Assembly: GCA_007125175.1 (NCBI GenBank)
Contig: SLDS01000008.1
Location: forward strand, 2,156-66,155
DNA from: Flavobacteriales bacterium
GTDB taxonomy: Bacteria > Bacteroidota > Bacteroidia > Flavobacteriales_D > Cryomorphaceae
Direction of reading: 5' to 3'
DNA: 64,000 bases
The position numbers and the translations under genes are program-made. The notes beneath the pieces are model-generated. The model was given only the letters and a program-made list of their open reading frames with translations. It ran no database searches and was not told the DNA's origin. This document shows, one piece after another, positions 1 to 9,173 of the stretch (position 1 is its first letter; every line of letters starts with the position of its first letter).

Positions 1-322
1 GGCCCACGCTGACGCCACCACCTCGGTTGGCGCCCTTATTGCCCGCCTCCATGATGCCGGGTCCACCGCCGGTGATGACTCCATATCCGCTCTGACTGAG
101 CCTGAAGGCAATTTCTTCTGCCACGAGATATGAGGGGTCATCATCGCTGAACCGGGCCGATCCAAAGATGGACACGCAGGGCTTGATTCTCGACATTTTC
201 TCGAAGCCCTCCACAAATTCAGACATGATTTTGAAGATGGCCCAGCTGTCATTGGTTTTGGTTTCGTTCCAGTTTCTGGGTTTGAAGGCGCGCTTGATGC
301 GCTTGTCATCGTGATCGTTCAT
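1..322 (-). CDS. LOG-family protein (TIGR00730 type, 'lysine decarboxylase-like' nucleotide phosphoribohydrolase). Only the N-terminal ~107 aa are present; the C-terminus lies left of the window.
   Basis: Own minus-strand translation from the ATG at 322..320 gives MNDHDDKRIKRAFKPRNWNETKTNDSWAIFKIMSEFVEGFEKMSRIKPCVSIFGSARFSDDDPSYLVAEEIAFRLSQSGYGVITGGGPGIMEAGNKGANRGGG. The FGSAR and GGGPGIMEA motifs are typical of this family. It is absent from the ORF track because it runs off the edge. Its start overlaps the uvrA stop (ATGA). Confidence 0.8.
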   Translation of the reverse strand, partial: MNDHDDKRIKRAFKPRNWNETKTNDSWAIFKIMSEFVEGFEKMSRIKPCVSIFGSARFSDDDPSYLVAEEIAFRLSQSGYGVITGGGPGIMEAGNKGANRGGGVSVG

Positions 323-3162
323 GGCAGTTCCTTTTTGAGAAATTCGGCGGTATATCCTTGATTAAGTTTTACAATCTGTTCAGGTTTTCCTGAAGCGACC
401 AGACTACCTCCTCCTTCACCCCCTTCGGGCCCCAGGTCAATGATGTGATCTGCTACTTTGATCACATCCATATTGTGCTCGACTACCAGCACTGTATTGC
501 CATTGTCCACAAGCTTTTGCAGTACTTCCATGAGCATCCTCACATCCTCAAAGTGCAAGCCGGTAGTGGGCTCATCGAGAATGTAAAAGGTGCTACCCGT
601 GTCGCGCTTGGAGAGCTCTGAAGCAAGCTTGATGCGCTGGGCTTCTCCACCCGAAAGGGTTGTGGATTGCTGGCCGAGCGTGATATAGCCCAGGCCAACT
701 TCCTTCAGGGTTTCCAGCGTGCGCAATATTTTGTTTTGACCGTGAAAAAACTCCAGGGCTTCGTGGATGTTCATGTTCAGCACATCGCTGATCGATTTGC
801 CCTTGTAGCGCACCTCGAGGGTTTCGCGGTTGTAGCGCTTGCCTCCACAGGTTTCACAACGTACGTATACATCGGGCAAAAAGTTCATTTCGATGGTTTT
901 GAGCCCGGCACCTTTGCAGGTTTCGCAGCGTCCACCCGAGGTGTTGAAGCTGAATCGTCCAATCTTGTATCCTCTGATTTTTGCTTCGGGCAGCTCTGCG
1001 TAGAGCTTGCGGATTTCTCCAAATACTCCGGTGTAGGTGGCCGGATTGCTTCTCGGCGTGCGTCCGATGGGCGATTGGTCTATATCCACCACTTTGTCAA
1101 TCGCTTCCAGGCCCTTCACATCCTTGTAAGGCAAGGGCAGCATCACACCTCCCTTGAAGGCATGGTTGTTCAGGATGGGGTAGAGGGTGTGGTTGATAAG
1201 GCTGGACTTGCCGCTGCCTGAAACGCCGGTCACACAGATAAGCTTTCCGAGTGGAAAATCCACTGTGAGCTCTTTCAGGTTGTTGCCGCTCGCCTTTATC
1301 AGTCTTATTTTTTTACCATTGCCTTTGCGGCGTTTTTTTGGAATTGGGATGGCTTGACTGCCATTGAGGTAGGCGGCTGTGAGGGTTTCTGCTTTCTGCA
1401 AATCTTGCATATCGCCCTGACCTACCACACTTCCTCCCTGGGCGCCGGCTCTCGGCCCGATATCTACAATGTGGTCGGCAGCACAAATCATGTCTTTGTC
1501 GTGCTCCACCACAATCACAGAGTTGCCGAGGTCGCGCAAGGCCTTCAGAGAGTTAATCAGTTTGTGGTTGTCGCGCTGATGCAAGCCTATACTGGGCTCA
1601 TCGAGGATGTAGAGCACGCCTACCAGCTGGGAACCAATCTGGGTGGCGAGGCGAATGCGCTGGGCTTCACCGCCCGAGAGGGTCTTGGCGCTTCGATCCA
1701 AACTCAAGTAGTCGAGGCCCACATTTTTGAGAAATCTGCTCCGCCCCTTGATCTCTTTGAGTATTTCTTCGGCGATGCGCATCTTTCTCGGGCCCAGGCG
1801 ATCGGGAAGAGCGCACACCCAGTTGTCGAAGGCATTGATGCTCATGCGGCTCACATCGCTTATGGATTTGCCGTCGAGGCGAAAGTGCAGTGCTTCAATT
1901 CGCAAGCGCTCACCATTGCACTTGGGGCATTCCACCTGCTGCATGAAGCTCTTGGCCCAGCGCTCCAGGGGGCGGGACTTGCTATGCTTGGCCTGCCGGC
2001 TCACGAAATTGACGATGCCCTCATACTCCACGCTGTAAGAGCTCCCGTCGCGCATCCCATCCACCTTGAAAGCCTCATCGGTGCCGTAGAGTATTTTGTC
2101 GAGGAGCTCATCATCGATATCCTCAATTTTGGTGCTGAGCTTGAAGCCGTATTTTTTTAGGAGTGCTTCTACCTGGTTGAATATCCAGTTGTTCTTATAG
2201 CTTCCCAAAGGTTCAATTCCTCCGCTTCTGATGCTTTTGCTCGCATCGGGTATGATCTTTTCCCGGCTTACTTCGCTCACTTGCCCCAGGCCATTGCAGC
2301 GTTTGCATACGCCGTAAGGAGAGTTGAAAGAAAATAGATTGGGCTCCGGCTGCGGATAGGACATGCCCGTGCCGGGGCACATCAGGTCTTTGCTGAAGTG
2401 GCGCACCTTTCCGGACTCAGCATCGTGTACCATCATCGCGCCTTCGCCCATGGCAAGTGCGCTGGACACGCTGTTTTTGAGGCGCTGAGCCTGCTTATCA
2501 TCCACTGCCATCCTATCGACTACCACCTCAATGTCGTGAATGGCGTATCGATCGAGCTTCATGCCGCTTTCAATCTCACGGATTTCTCCGTCCACCCGCA
2601 CGCGCAGGTAGCCTTGCTTGGCTATTTGCGCAAAGAGCTCGCGGTAATGTCCTTTTCGGCCGCGCACTACGGGAGCCAGCAGGGAAATTTTGCAGCCTTT
2701 GTAGCTCTGCCCGATGAGCTCCACTATTTGCTCTTCGGTATAGCTCACCATGAGCTCACCCGTCTTGTAGCTGTAGGCATCGGCCACCCGCGCATAGAGC
2801 AGCCGCAGGAAGTCGTATATCTCTGTGATAGTGCCGACTGTCGATCTGGGGCTCTTGCTGATGGTTTTTTGCTCGATGCTGATTACCGGGCTCAAACCTG
2901 TGATTTGATCCACGTCGGGCCTCTCCATATTGCCCATGAATTGCCGGGCATAAGCGGAGAAGGTTTCGATATAGCGGCGCTGACCCTCAGCGTATATGGT
3001 GTCAAATGCCAGGGAGGACTTTCCGCTGCCGCTCAATCCTGTTATCACTACCAATTGGTTTCGCGGAATGCTCAGATCCACACTCTTGAGGTTGTGCACA
3101 CGGGCACCCAATACCTCGAGCCGATCTTGATCTACAGCCGCAATGGTAGCTTCTTCTTTCAA
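319..3162 (-). CDS. uvrA: Excinuclease ABC subunit A (UvrA)
   Basis: 947-aa ORF with two ABC modules: Walker A GLSGSGKSSLAFDT and GVSGSGKSSLI, and the LSGGEAQRI signature twice. Zn-finger cysteine pairs are present (CKRCNG, CPKCNG, CETCKG, CETCGG), along with the N-terminal LGARVHNLK motif. The only in-frame start is TTG at 3162, overlapping the upstream stop (TTGA). Confidence 0.97.
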   Translation of the reverse strand: MKEEATIAAVDQDRLEVLGARVHNLKSVDLSIPRNQLVVITGLSGSGKSSLAFDTIYAEGQRRYIETFSAYARQFMGNMERPDVDQITGLSPVISIEQKTISKSPRSTVGTITEIYDFLRLLYARVADAYSYKTGELMVSYTEEQIVELIGQSYKGCKISLLAPVVRGRKGHYRELFAQIAKQGYLRVRVDGEIREIESGMKLDRYAIHDIEVVVDRMAVDDKQAQRLKNSVSSALAMGEGAMMVHDAESGKVRHFSKDLMCPGTGMSYPQPEPNLFSFNSPYGVCKRCNGLGQVSEVSREKIIPDASKSIRSGGIEPLGSYKNNWIFNQVEALLKKYGFKLSTKIEDIDDELLDKILYGTDEAFKVDGMRDGSSYSVEYEGIVNFVSRQAKHSKSRPLERWAKSFMQQVECPKCNGERLRIEALHFRLDGKSISDVSRMSINAFDNWVCALPDRLGPRKMRIAEEILKEIKGRSRFLKNVGLDYLSLDRSAKTLSGGEAQRIRLATQIGSQLVGVLYILDEPSIGLHQRDNHKLINSLKALRDLGNSVIVVEHDKDMICAADHIVDIGPRAGAQGGSVVGQGDMQDLQKAETLTAAYLNGSQAIPIPKKRRKGNGKKIRLIKASGNNLKELTVDFPLGKLICVTGVSGSGKSSLINHTLYPILNNHAFKGGVMLPLPYKDVKGLEAIDKVVDIDQSPIGRTPRSNPATYTGVFGEIRKLYAELPEAKIRGYKIGRFSFNTSGGRCETCKGAGLKTIEMNFLPDVYVRCETCGGKRYNRETLEVRYKGKSISDVLNMNIHEALEFFHGQNKILRTLETLKEVGLGYITLGQQSTTLSGGEAQRIKLASELSKRDTGSTFYILDEPTTGLHFEDVRMLMEVLQKLVDNGNTVLVVEHNMDVIKVADHIIDLGPEGGEGGGSLVASGKPEQIVKLNQGYTAEFLKKELP

Positions 3163-4193
3163 TGAGCGATTACTTTTATGAGGCTGTCGCCACCAATATC
3201 ATCCGGTGACTTTTCCATCCATTCGGCATAGCTTTCGCCAAAAGCTGAATCGGCGGGTAGCAGGATTTGGTATTCCTTATGCTGTGGGTTGGTGAGATAA
3301 TTGTCGCGCAGCCACGGATTGAGTACCTTGAGAATCTTGTAGTTGATCCCTCTTTCTTGAGCAAAAAGGGCAAAATCTTTCACAGATCCATCTACAGTGA
3401 CTGTCTCGGTGTGGTAGGGGGCATAGAGGTCAGAAGGCCGGAGGTGGAAGCCGTACTTAGCGGGATTACTCAGAATTTCTTTGGCAGCCAAGATGCGAAA
3501 GAGGTAGCGCGAGGTTTCTTCTACCAGGAGCAGGTCGTAGTAATCATGGCATTTCTGCCGTTTCACTTGTTTCTCCAAGCCGTACATTCCCAGGTTGTAG
3601 GAGGCTGCTGCCATGGTCCATGATCCGAATCGCTCCTTGGCTTGTCGCAGGTACTTGCAGGCTGCCCGGGTTGATTTTTCCACGTGATAGCGCTCGTCCA
3701 CTTCATTGTTGATCTCCAAGCCCAGTTCCCTTCCGGTCTCTTTTCGGATTTGCCAATAGCCTGTGGCACCTGCCGGCGAAACCACATTGCTCAGTCCGCT
3801 TTCGATCAGGGCCAGGTACTTAAAGTCGTCGGGCACGCCTTCCTCGGCCAGGATTTCTTCGATAAGCGGAAACCAACGCGCCGATTTTTTCAGGAAGAGC
3901 AGGCCTTGTGATTGCCAGTAGGTATTGATGAGAAGCTCCCTGTCGAAACGTTCCCTCAGGTCTACCTTGTGCAATGGAACCGGCTCACCGCAGAATTCGG
4001 TATTTTCCGGAAGGGGAAGGGCGAAGATCTTGTAATGCTGATTGAAATAGCGCAAATAGCTTTCATCCACTGCCTGAGAGCTATCGTTTCTGTTGGAGGT
4101 TGCTGAGAACAGTGTCCACAGCCCTAGAAGGGAGAAACAGATGATGAGAGTAACAAAAAAAGTTAGTGGATCAAGAAGTCGCTTATAAGCCAT
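3159..4193 (-). CDS. Membrane-anchored lytic transglycosylase domain protein (SLT family, MltD-like)
   Basis: N-terminal TM helix (LTFFVTLIICFSLLGLWTLF). SLT catalytic region LALIESGLSNVVSPAGATGYWQI, with the catalytic Glu in the ES context and the AGAxGxxQ motif. Confidence 0.8.
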   Translation of the reverse strand: MAYKRLLDPLTFFVTLIICFSLLGLWTLFSATSNRNDSSQAVDESYLRYFNQHYKIFALPLPENTEFCGEPVPLHKVDLRERFDRELLINTYWQSQGLLFLKKSARWFPLIEEILAEEGVPDDFKYLALIESGLSNVVSPAGATGYWQIRKETGRELGLEINNEVDERYHVEKSTRAACKYLRQAKERFGSWTMAAASYNLGMYGLEKQVKRQKCHDYYDLLLVEETSRYLFRILAAKEILSNPAKYGFHLRPSDLYAPYHTETVTVDGSVKDFALFAQERGINYKILKVLNPWLRDNYLTNPQHKEYQILLPADSAFGESYAEWMEKSPDDIGGDSLIKVIAH

Positions 4194-4237
4194 GTAATAG
4201 CAGGGGTTGAGAAGTGTCGCACAAAGTTCGTAAAAGT

Positions 4238-5323
4238 CTAAACGTTGCGGCCGTCTTTTTGGTTCTTTTCAATCAAAAAGTAAAAGTACAGCAAGAGGGC
4301 GATAAAGCAGAGTACCATGATGCCGGCCAGAAGGTATTTTCCCGGAAGGGCGAAGGCGATAAGCAGCGTATAGGCCAATGCCCCAAGGAGGGATATGCCC
4401 ACGAAGATGCTTCCTACCTGTCGATCGGAATAGCCCAGATAAGACAAGTGATGGGTGGTGTGGTCTTTACCTCCCTTCATGGGCGATTGTCCACGTTTGA
4501 GTCGGTGCACGGTTACCACGGTGGTGTCGATGATGGGCATGATAAAAACAGTGACGAGAGCCGCAACTCCCGTCAAGAGACCATATGCACCCTCGATGCT
4601 TTGGGCGTTCCAGCAATACCGCACCCCCACATAGGCCAATATTACCCCAAGAAATTGACTGCCTGTATCGCCCATGAACATGCTGCTGGGATTCCAATTG
4701 AAAAACAGAAAGCCGAGCAGGGCCGCCAGCACTCCGATGAGCAATGTGAAATCAACGCTTTGATGCTTGCCAAACAAGAGGAGATTGATCAGGGCTGCGA
4801 GCACTACGATGGAAGCCACAGAGGCCGCAATGCCATCCATATTGTCGAGTAGATTGATGGCATTCATGATCCCTACCACCCATATCACCGTGAGGATTGC
4901 ATTGATTATGTACGAGTCAAAGAGCTCAATGGAAGAGCCGGTACCGGCGAGAATACATCCGCAGAGAATTTGGGCCAGCAGCTTGAGCACAGGCCTTGTA
5001 TTGTATGCATCATCGGTGAGACCCATGAGAAAACCGAGGGTGCCGGCAGCCATCAAGCCTACAATTCTCAAGTTTTCAAATACATCACGCGAGTCGAATG
5101 CAAGGCTGTAGATGCTAAAGCTGATGAAAAAAACGATGAAGAAGCTAAGCCCACCAATAGCGGGCTTGGTATGGGTGCTCCACCGCACGCTTGCTCCCGG
5201 CTGGTTTTTGGTTCCCAGCGTTTTCACAAATCTCAATAGGATGCTGTTGATGAGCAGAGCAAATGCCACCGTGGCAAAAAAGAAGAAAAGAAAGAAAAAA
5301 AGCTGTCCAAGTGTGGAGTCCAT
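4238..5323 (-). CDS. Polyprenyl-phosphate sugar-1-phosphate transferase, glycosyltransferase family 4 (MraY/WecA-like)
   Basis: Polytopic membrane protein of 361 aa. Carries MraY/WecA-family motifs NAINLLDNMDGIA and FMGDTGSQFLG. Lies in a polysaccharide-locus context. Confidence 0.85.
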   Translation of the reverse strand: MDSTLGQLFFFLFFFFATVAFALLINSILLRFVKTLGTKNQPGASVRWSTHTKPAIGGLSFFIVFFISFSIYSLAFDSRDVFENLRIVGLMAAGTLGFLMGLTDDAYNTRPVLKLLAQILCGCILAGTGSSIELFDSYIINAILTVIWVVGIMNAINLLDNMDGIAASVASIVVLAALINLLLFGKHQSVDFTLLIGVLAALLGFLFFNWNPSSMFMGDTGSQFLGVILAYVGVRYCWNAQSIEGAYGLLTGVAALVTVFIMPIIDTTVVTVHRLKRGQSPMKGGKDHTTHHLSYLGYSDRQVGSIFVGISLLGALAYTLLIAFALPGKYLLAGIMVLCFIALLLYFYFLIEKNQKDGRNV

Positions 5324-5326
5324 GGC

Positions 5327-5878
5327 TCAGGTAAATGGGCTTTCAAAAGAGTTAAAGGGACTAGCGTGCAGACGGTCCTTGTCCGAAATGAGGGGTGACT
5401 TTTCCGGCCACTGAATGCCGAGTTCAGGATCATCCCATTTTATGGCGCCTTCGCTTTCGCGATGGTAGAGATCGCTGCACTTGTATGAAAAGATGCTGCT
5501 GTCTTCCAATACCAAAAAGCCATGCGCAAAGCCTTCGGGAATGTACAGCTGCCGCTTGTTGTGGGCGCTGAGCTCTGCAGCGCACCACTTGCCGTATGTA
5601 GGCGAGCCGATGCGCAAATCTACCGCTACATCATACACGGCACCACGGATTACCCTCACGAGCTTGGCCTGCGCATGTGGGGGGGCTTGGAAGTGAAGCC
5701 CGCGCAACACGCCTTTATGCGACATGGATTCATTGTCTTGCACAAATTTGGGCACAAAGCCGCAATGCTCTTTCCATGAGGCCTCGTTAAAACTTTCGAA
5801 AAAGTAACCCCGACTGTCTTCAAAAACGCGTGGCTCAATGAGCAAGACATCCGGGATGTCCATCCTGCTTACTTTCAT
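5327..5878 (-). CDS. rfbC: dTDP-4-dehydrorhamnose 3,5-epimerase
   Basis: 183 aa. Cupin-type RmlC motifs: FEDSRGYFFESF, FVQDNESMSHKGVLRGLHFQ, KLVRVIRGAVYDVAVDLR and PEGFAHGF. Start overlaps the wzc stop (ATGA). Confidence 0.95.
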   Translation of the reverse strand: MKVSRMDIPDVLLIEPRVFEDSRGYFFESFNEASWKEHCGFVPKFVQDNESMSHKGVLRGLHFQAPPHAQAKLVRVIRGAVYDVAVDLRIGSPTYGKWCAAELSAHNKRQLYIPEGFAHGFLVLEDSSIFSYKCSDLYHRESEGAIKWDDPELGIQWPEKSPLISDKDRLHASPFNSFESPFT

Positions 5879-8325
5879 ATGCTTCCAAAGATGCGTTTGA
5901 GAATTCCCTTTCCCATGCCTCCATCTTCATCGTCGTAATAGCCATAGCCTTCGCCATAGGCGTGACCATAGCCATATCCAAAGCTGCCACCCTGCTTGCT
6001 GCGCTCGAGGTCTACTGCGTTGAGCACCACAGAGAGGTTCCGAAGGCCTTTTTCGTTGATCAGGCGATCGGCGGTATTGATGCACTGTTTGTTTGACATG
6101 TCGGCACGGAAAACGTAGATGGGGTAGTCGGCCTTTTGAATCACGGGTATGCCATCGGTAACCAAGCCCACAGGAGGGGTGTCGAGCACGATCACATCAT
6201 ACATCTCCTTGAGGCCTTTGAGCACTTCTGTCATCCTTCGGCTTATGACGAGCTCTGAGGGATTGGGAGGTACGGGGCCGGCCGTGATGAAGTCAAGGTT
6301 GGGAACTTTGCTGCGCAATATGCTCTCCTCCAGCTCGGACTGCCCGCTCAGCAGGGTGCTCATTCCCCTTTTGTTGTCGGTATCAAAACCGAGGTGTATG
6401 CGTGGCCTTCGCATATCGAGATCCAATACAATGACCCGCTGCCCCGAGTATGCAATGATTCCGGCCAGATTGATGGTGACAAAGGTTTTTCCTTCGCCTG
6501 AGAGGGTGGAGGTCACCGAAATGACCTTGGCCTCATTGAGTTCGCTACCGTCACTCAGGAATTTCAGGTTGCTGCGCAGGCCCCGGAAGGCTTCTGCGAT
6601 CATGGACTTGGGGTTCTTGTCGACGAGGAGTTGAGAGATGGGAATATCGCGTTTGTACTTCGGTATCATCCCGAGCACGGTGATGGATGCATTGCTCAGT
6701 TTCGTGATTTCCTTTACCGATGTTATCTTATCGTGCAGGAAGTACTTTGCGACCACGATGCCCAAGCCGATGAGCAGGGCGACGAGGAGTGCGCCTGCGG
6801 TGATCAAGCCTTTTTGGGGCGATATTGGGGCACTTGAGCTGATCAATCGCTCGAGGATGCGGTTTTCCGTTACGAAGCCGGCTTGAGAAATGCGGTATTG
6901 GGTTTTCTTCTCGAGAAGCATGGTATAGTACTTCTCATTGATGGTGAATATCCGCTTGAGCCGGGCAAACTCGAGCTCTTTGTCGGGAAGTGTGCTGAAT
7001 CCCGCCTCAATTTCGTCCATTTTGGAGCGCAGATTTTTCTGCTTGGATCGAATTTTTTCCCTTGCTGCGAGTACGCTTTCTACGATAAGCCGTTTTTGAA
7101 TGGCTATGCTATTGTCCATTTTCTGGATGCGGCGGCTGGAGTCTTTGATGTCAAATTGCACTTCCTCCCTGGCTGTAAGCAGGGCTCTCAGCGTCTGCAG
7201 CATTTCCGCAAGGGAATTCTGATACGAAGATCCACTGAGCAATGGAATGAGCTGGTATACATCCACTCCCTCACCTTCATTGTCAATGGTCATGAGGATT
7301 TGATCCAGGGTGCCCTCCTCTAATTCCAACCTCAGCAGCTCATCTTCGAATTCTCGGAAATACTCAAAGTAGGTATTGGATACATTGTCGAGGTTGGCGA
7401 TTTTATTTTCCTGCTTGTACTGATTGAGCTTGAGCTCAGAGTCGCGCAGATTCTGGTACACAGTGTCCAGTTGGCTGTCGATAAAGCGCAAGATGTTGGT
7501 GGCGCTTTGCTCGCGGTTTTCGAGGTCGTACTTGATGTATTCTTCAGCGTGATTGGTCACAAAATCCCGGGCTATGCCCGCATTGTTGTGGCGCATGCTG
7601 ATTTCGATGGTTTTGGCCGTGTTGTTGAGTATTTTAATGCTCATCTGACGGCTGAAGATATTGGCCAAACGGGAGGGGCTGTTGATGGTAAAGTAAAAAC
7701 TTACCTCGCCTTGCGCCACGCGGTTGAAGTGATTGGCATCCACTACGTGAAGTATATAGCTGAAGTATTCGTTTTCTGATACTTCACCGGGCCTTTCCGG
7801 CTTTCCGATCTTTTGCTCATTCAGCTCAAGCTGAAATTTTTTGCCATCGATGAAATGCACGAAGATCGGCTTGTCTCTCACCGTTGAGTCCTTGAGGCTC
7901 AATAATTCAATGGAAAAGGAAGATCTCGGATACTTCTGATCGGTGAGAAATTCTCCTTTCTCGAAATAGGCGATTTCGAGAGGAAGCCTTTGAACTACCC
8001 TCTCTATCAGGAGCTTCGACTTCATCAGCTCTATCTCCTTGAGCAGGCTATTGTCTTCGGCAAATTGGTTGACGTTCAATATCTGCTTTGCCTGGTCGCT
8101 GCTCCCCAGTTGGATAATTGTTTTGGCCTCATACACAGGCGACGTATAGCGCAGGTAGAGCGAGGAGGCAATGGTTGCCACCACCACGATGGAGATGATG
8201 AGTAGGATATTCTTTTTGAGGATCGAGAGGAAGAGCCCAATATCAAACTCATTGCTGAAGGTGGTTAGCCTTTGCTTATAGCTGTCCATTTCGCCGACAG
8301 GCTGTGTATCGTGTTCAGGCACCAT
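5875..8325 (-). CDS. Polysaccharide co-polymerase / BY-type tyrosine autokinase (Wzc/GumC-like)
   Basis: 816 aa. N-terminal Wzz-like region with TM helices and long coiled-coil segments. C-terminal P-loop kinase domain (SVTSTLSGEGKTFVTINLA, VLDTPP). Tyr-rich tail GYGYGHAYGEGYGYYDDED, typical of autophosphorylation clusters. Confidence 0.9.
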   Translation of the reverse strand: MVPEHDTQPVGEMDSYKQRLTTFSNEFDIGLFLSILKKNILLIISIVVVATIASSLYLRYTSPVYEAKTIIQLGSSDQAKQILNVNQFAEDNSLLKEIELMKSKLLIERVVQRLPLEIAYFEKGEFLTDQKYPRSSFSIELLSLKDSTVRDKPIFVHFIDGKKFQLELNEQKIGKPERPGEVSENEYFSYILHVVDANHFNRVAQGEVSFYFTINSPSRLANIFSRQMSIKILNNTAKTIEISMRHNNAGIARDFVTNHAEEYIKYDLENREQSATNILRFIDSQLDTVYQNLRDSELKLNQYKQENKIANLDNVSNTYFEYFREFEDELLRLELEEGTLDQILMTIDNEGEGVDVYQLIPLLSGSSYQNSLAEMLQTLRALLTAREEVQFDIKDSSRRIQKMDNSIAIQKRLIVESVLAAREKIRSKQKNLRSKMDEIEAGFSTLPDKELEFARLKRIFTINEKYYTMLLEKKTQYRISQAGFVTENRILERLISSSAPISPQKGLITAGALLVALLIGLGIVVAKYFLHDKITSVKEITKLSNASITVLGMIPKYKRDIPISQLLVDKNPKSMIAEAFRGLRSNLKFLSDGSELNEAKVISVTSTLSGEGKTFVTINLAGIIAYSGQRVIVLDLDMRRPRIHLGFDTDNKRGMSTLLSGQSELEESILRSKVPNLDFITAGPVPPNPSELVISRRMTEVLKGLKEMYDVIVLDTPPVGLVTDGIPVIQKADYPIYVFRADMSNKQCINTADRLINEKGLRNLSVVLNAVDLERSKQGGSFGYGYGHAYGEGYGYYDDEDGGMGKGILKRIFGSI

Positions 8326-8329
8326 TGGG

Positions 8330-9148
8330 CTAGTCGACGAGGTTAAGTATGGCCAGTAGCAGTATGGATGTGGATATCAATGTAATAACTGGGTTGATTT
8401 CCCTCACAATCTCCCTGGCTATGAGGGGTAGGGGCTCCACATAAATGATGTCATTGGGCTGAATAATGATATCGGCGCGGTGCATGCCTTCCACTTTGGA
8501 TAGATCCAGCTTGTATATCTCCCGCTCTTTGGTTTTTTCATTTTGCCGAATGAGCTTCACCTTGCTGGCATTGCCGCGTTCATCGATACCTCCCACCATG
8601 GCGAGGGCCTCCATCAGGGTGGTATTGTTGTTTTGCAAGGTGATCACCTGGGCCCTTCCGCCGGCTCCAGGCGATACGATAGCCCTGTTGTTTTGCACAT
8701 TGAGTATTACGTAAGGTTCGTTGTAATACTGGGTGTAGAGCTCTTCCACATAGCTTTCGGCTTCCCTAATGGTCATGCCCTCCAGCTTCACCCGGCCTAT
8801 TACAGGCAGCTTTACCGTACCATCCCGGTCGATGAGATACTGCATGCCTCCTCCACGCATCATCATCATTTGCTGCTGTCCGCCACCTTGCATCATCATG
8901 TTTTGCCCACCGAGCATGCCCCCGGCGATACCCATCTCTACGAGCATATAGCCGTTTCCGGTAAAGAAGTTCATGGTAATGAAGTTGTTGGCCGCGAGCT
9001 TGGCCGAGGGCCCAAGTGAATCGGGCTCTACAGCATACTCGAAATCCTTGGGGGTTTTGAATAGCAAGTCCTTGTTGATTGTACAGCTCCCAAGGAATAG
9101 AGCGGCCGCTACGCAGAGCAGAGTATACCTCATAAATGCAGGGTTCAT
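8330..9148 (-). CDS. Polysaccharide export outer-membrane lipoprotein (Wza-like, Poly_export + SLBB)
   Basis: Lipoprotein signal AALFLGSC. Export-domain motifs YLIDRDGTVKLPVIGRVKLEGMTIREAE and IQPNDIIYVEP. Position immediately upstream of wzc. The start could instead be the Met 5 codons downstream. Confidence 0.85.
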   Translation of the reverse strand: MNPAFMRYTLLCVAAALFLGSCTINKDLLFKTPKDFEYAVEPDSLGPSAKLAANNFITMNFFTGNGYMLVEMGIAGGMLGGQNMMMQGGGQQQMMMMRGGGMQYLIDRDGTVKLPVIGRVKLEGMTIREAESYVEELYTQYYNEPYVILNVQNNRAIVSPGAGGRAQVITLQNNNTTLMEALAMVGGIDERGNASKVKLIRQNEKTKEREIYKLDLSKVEGMHRADIIIQPNDIIYVEPLPLIAREIVREINPVITLISTSILLLAILNLVD

Positions 9149-9173
9149 CCAAACAGATTCGTTGCCGAAAGTA

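Noticed and set aside
8766-9152. 128-aa ORF overlapping wza in another minus-strand frame, and the His-rich plus-strand ORF at 8543..9019
   Set aside because: Both are artefacts of the low-complexity Gly/Gln/Met-coding stretch. Wza family motifs identify the real frame.
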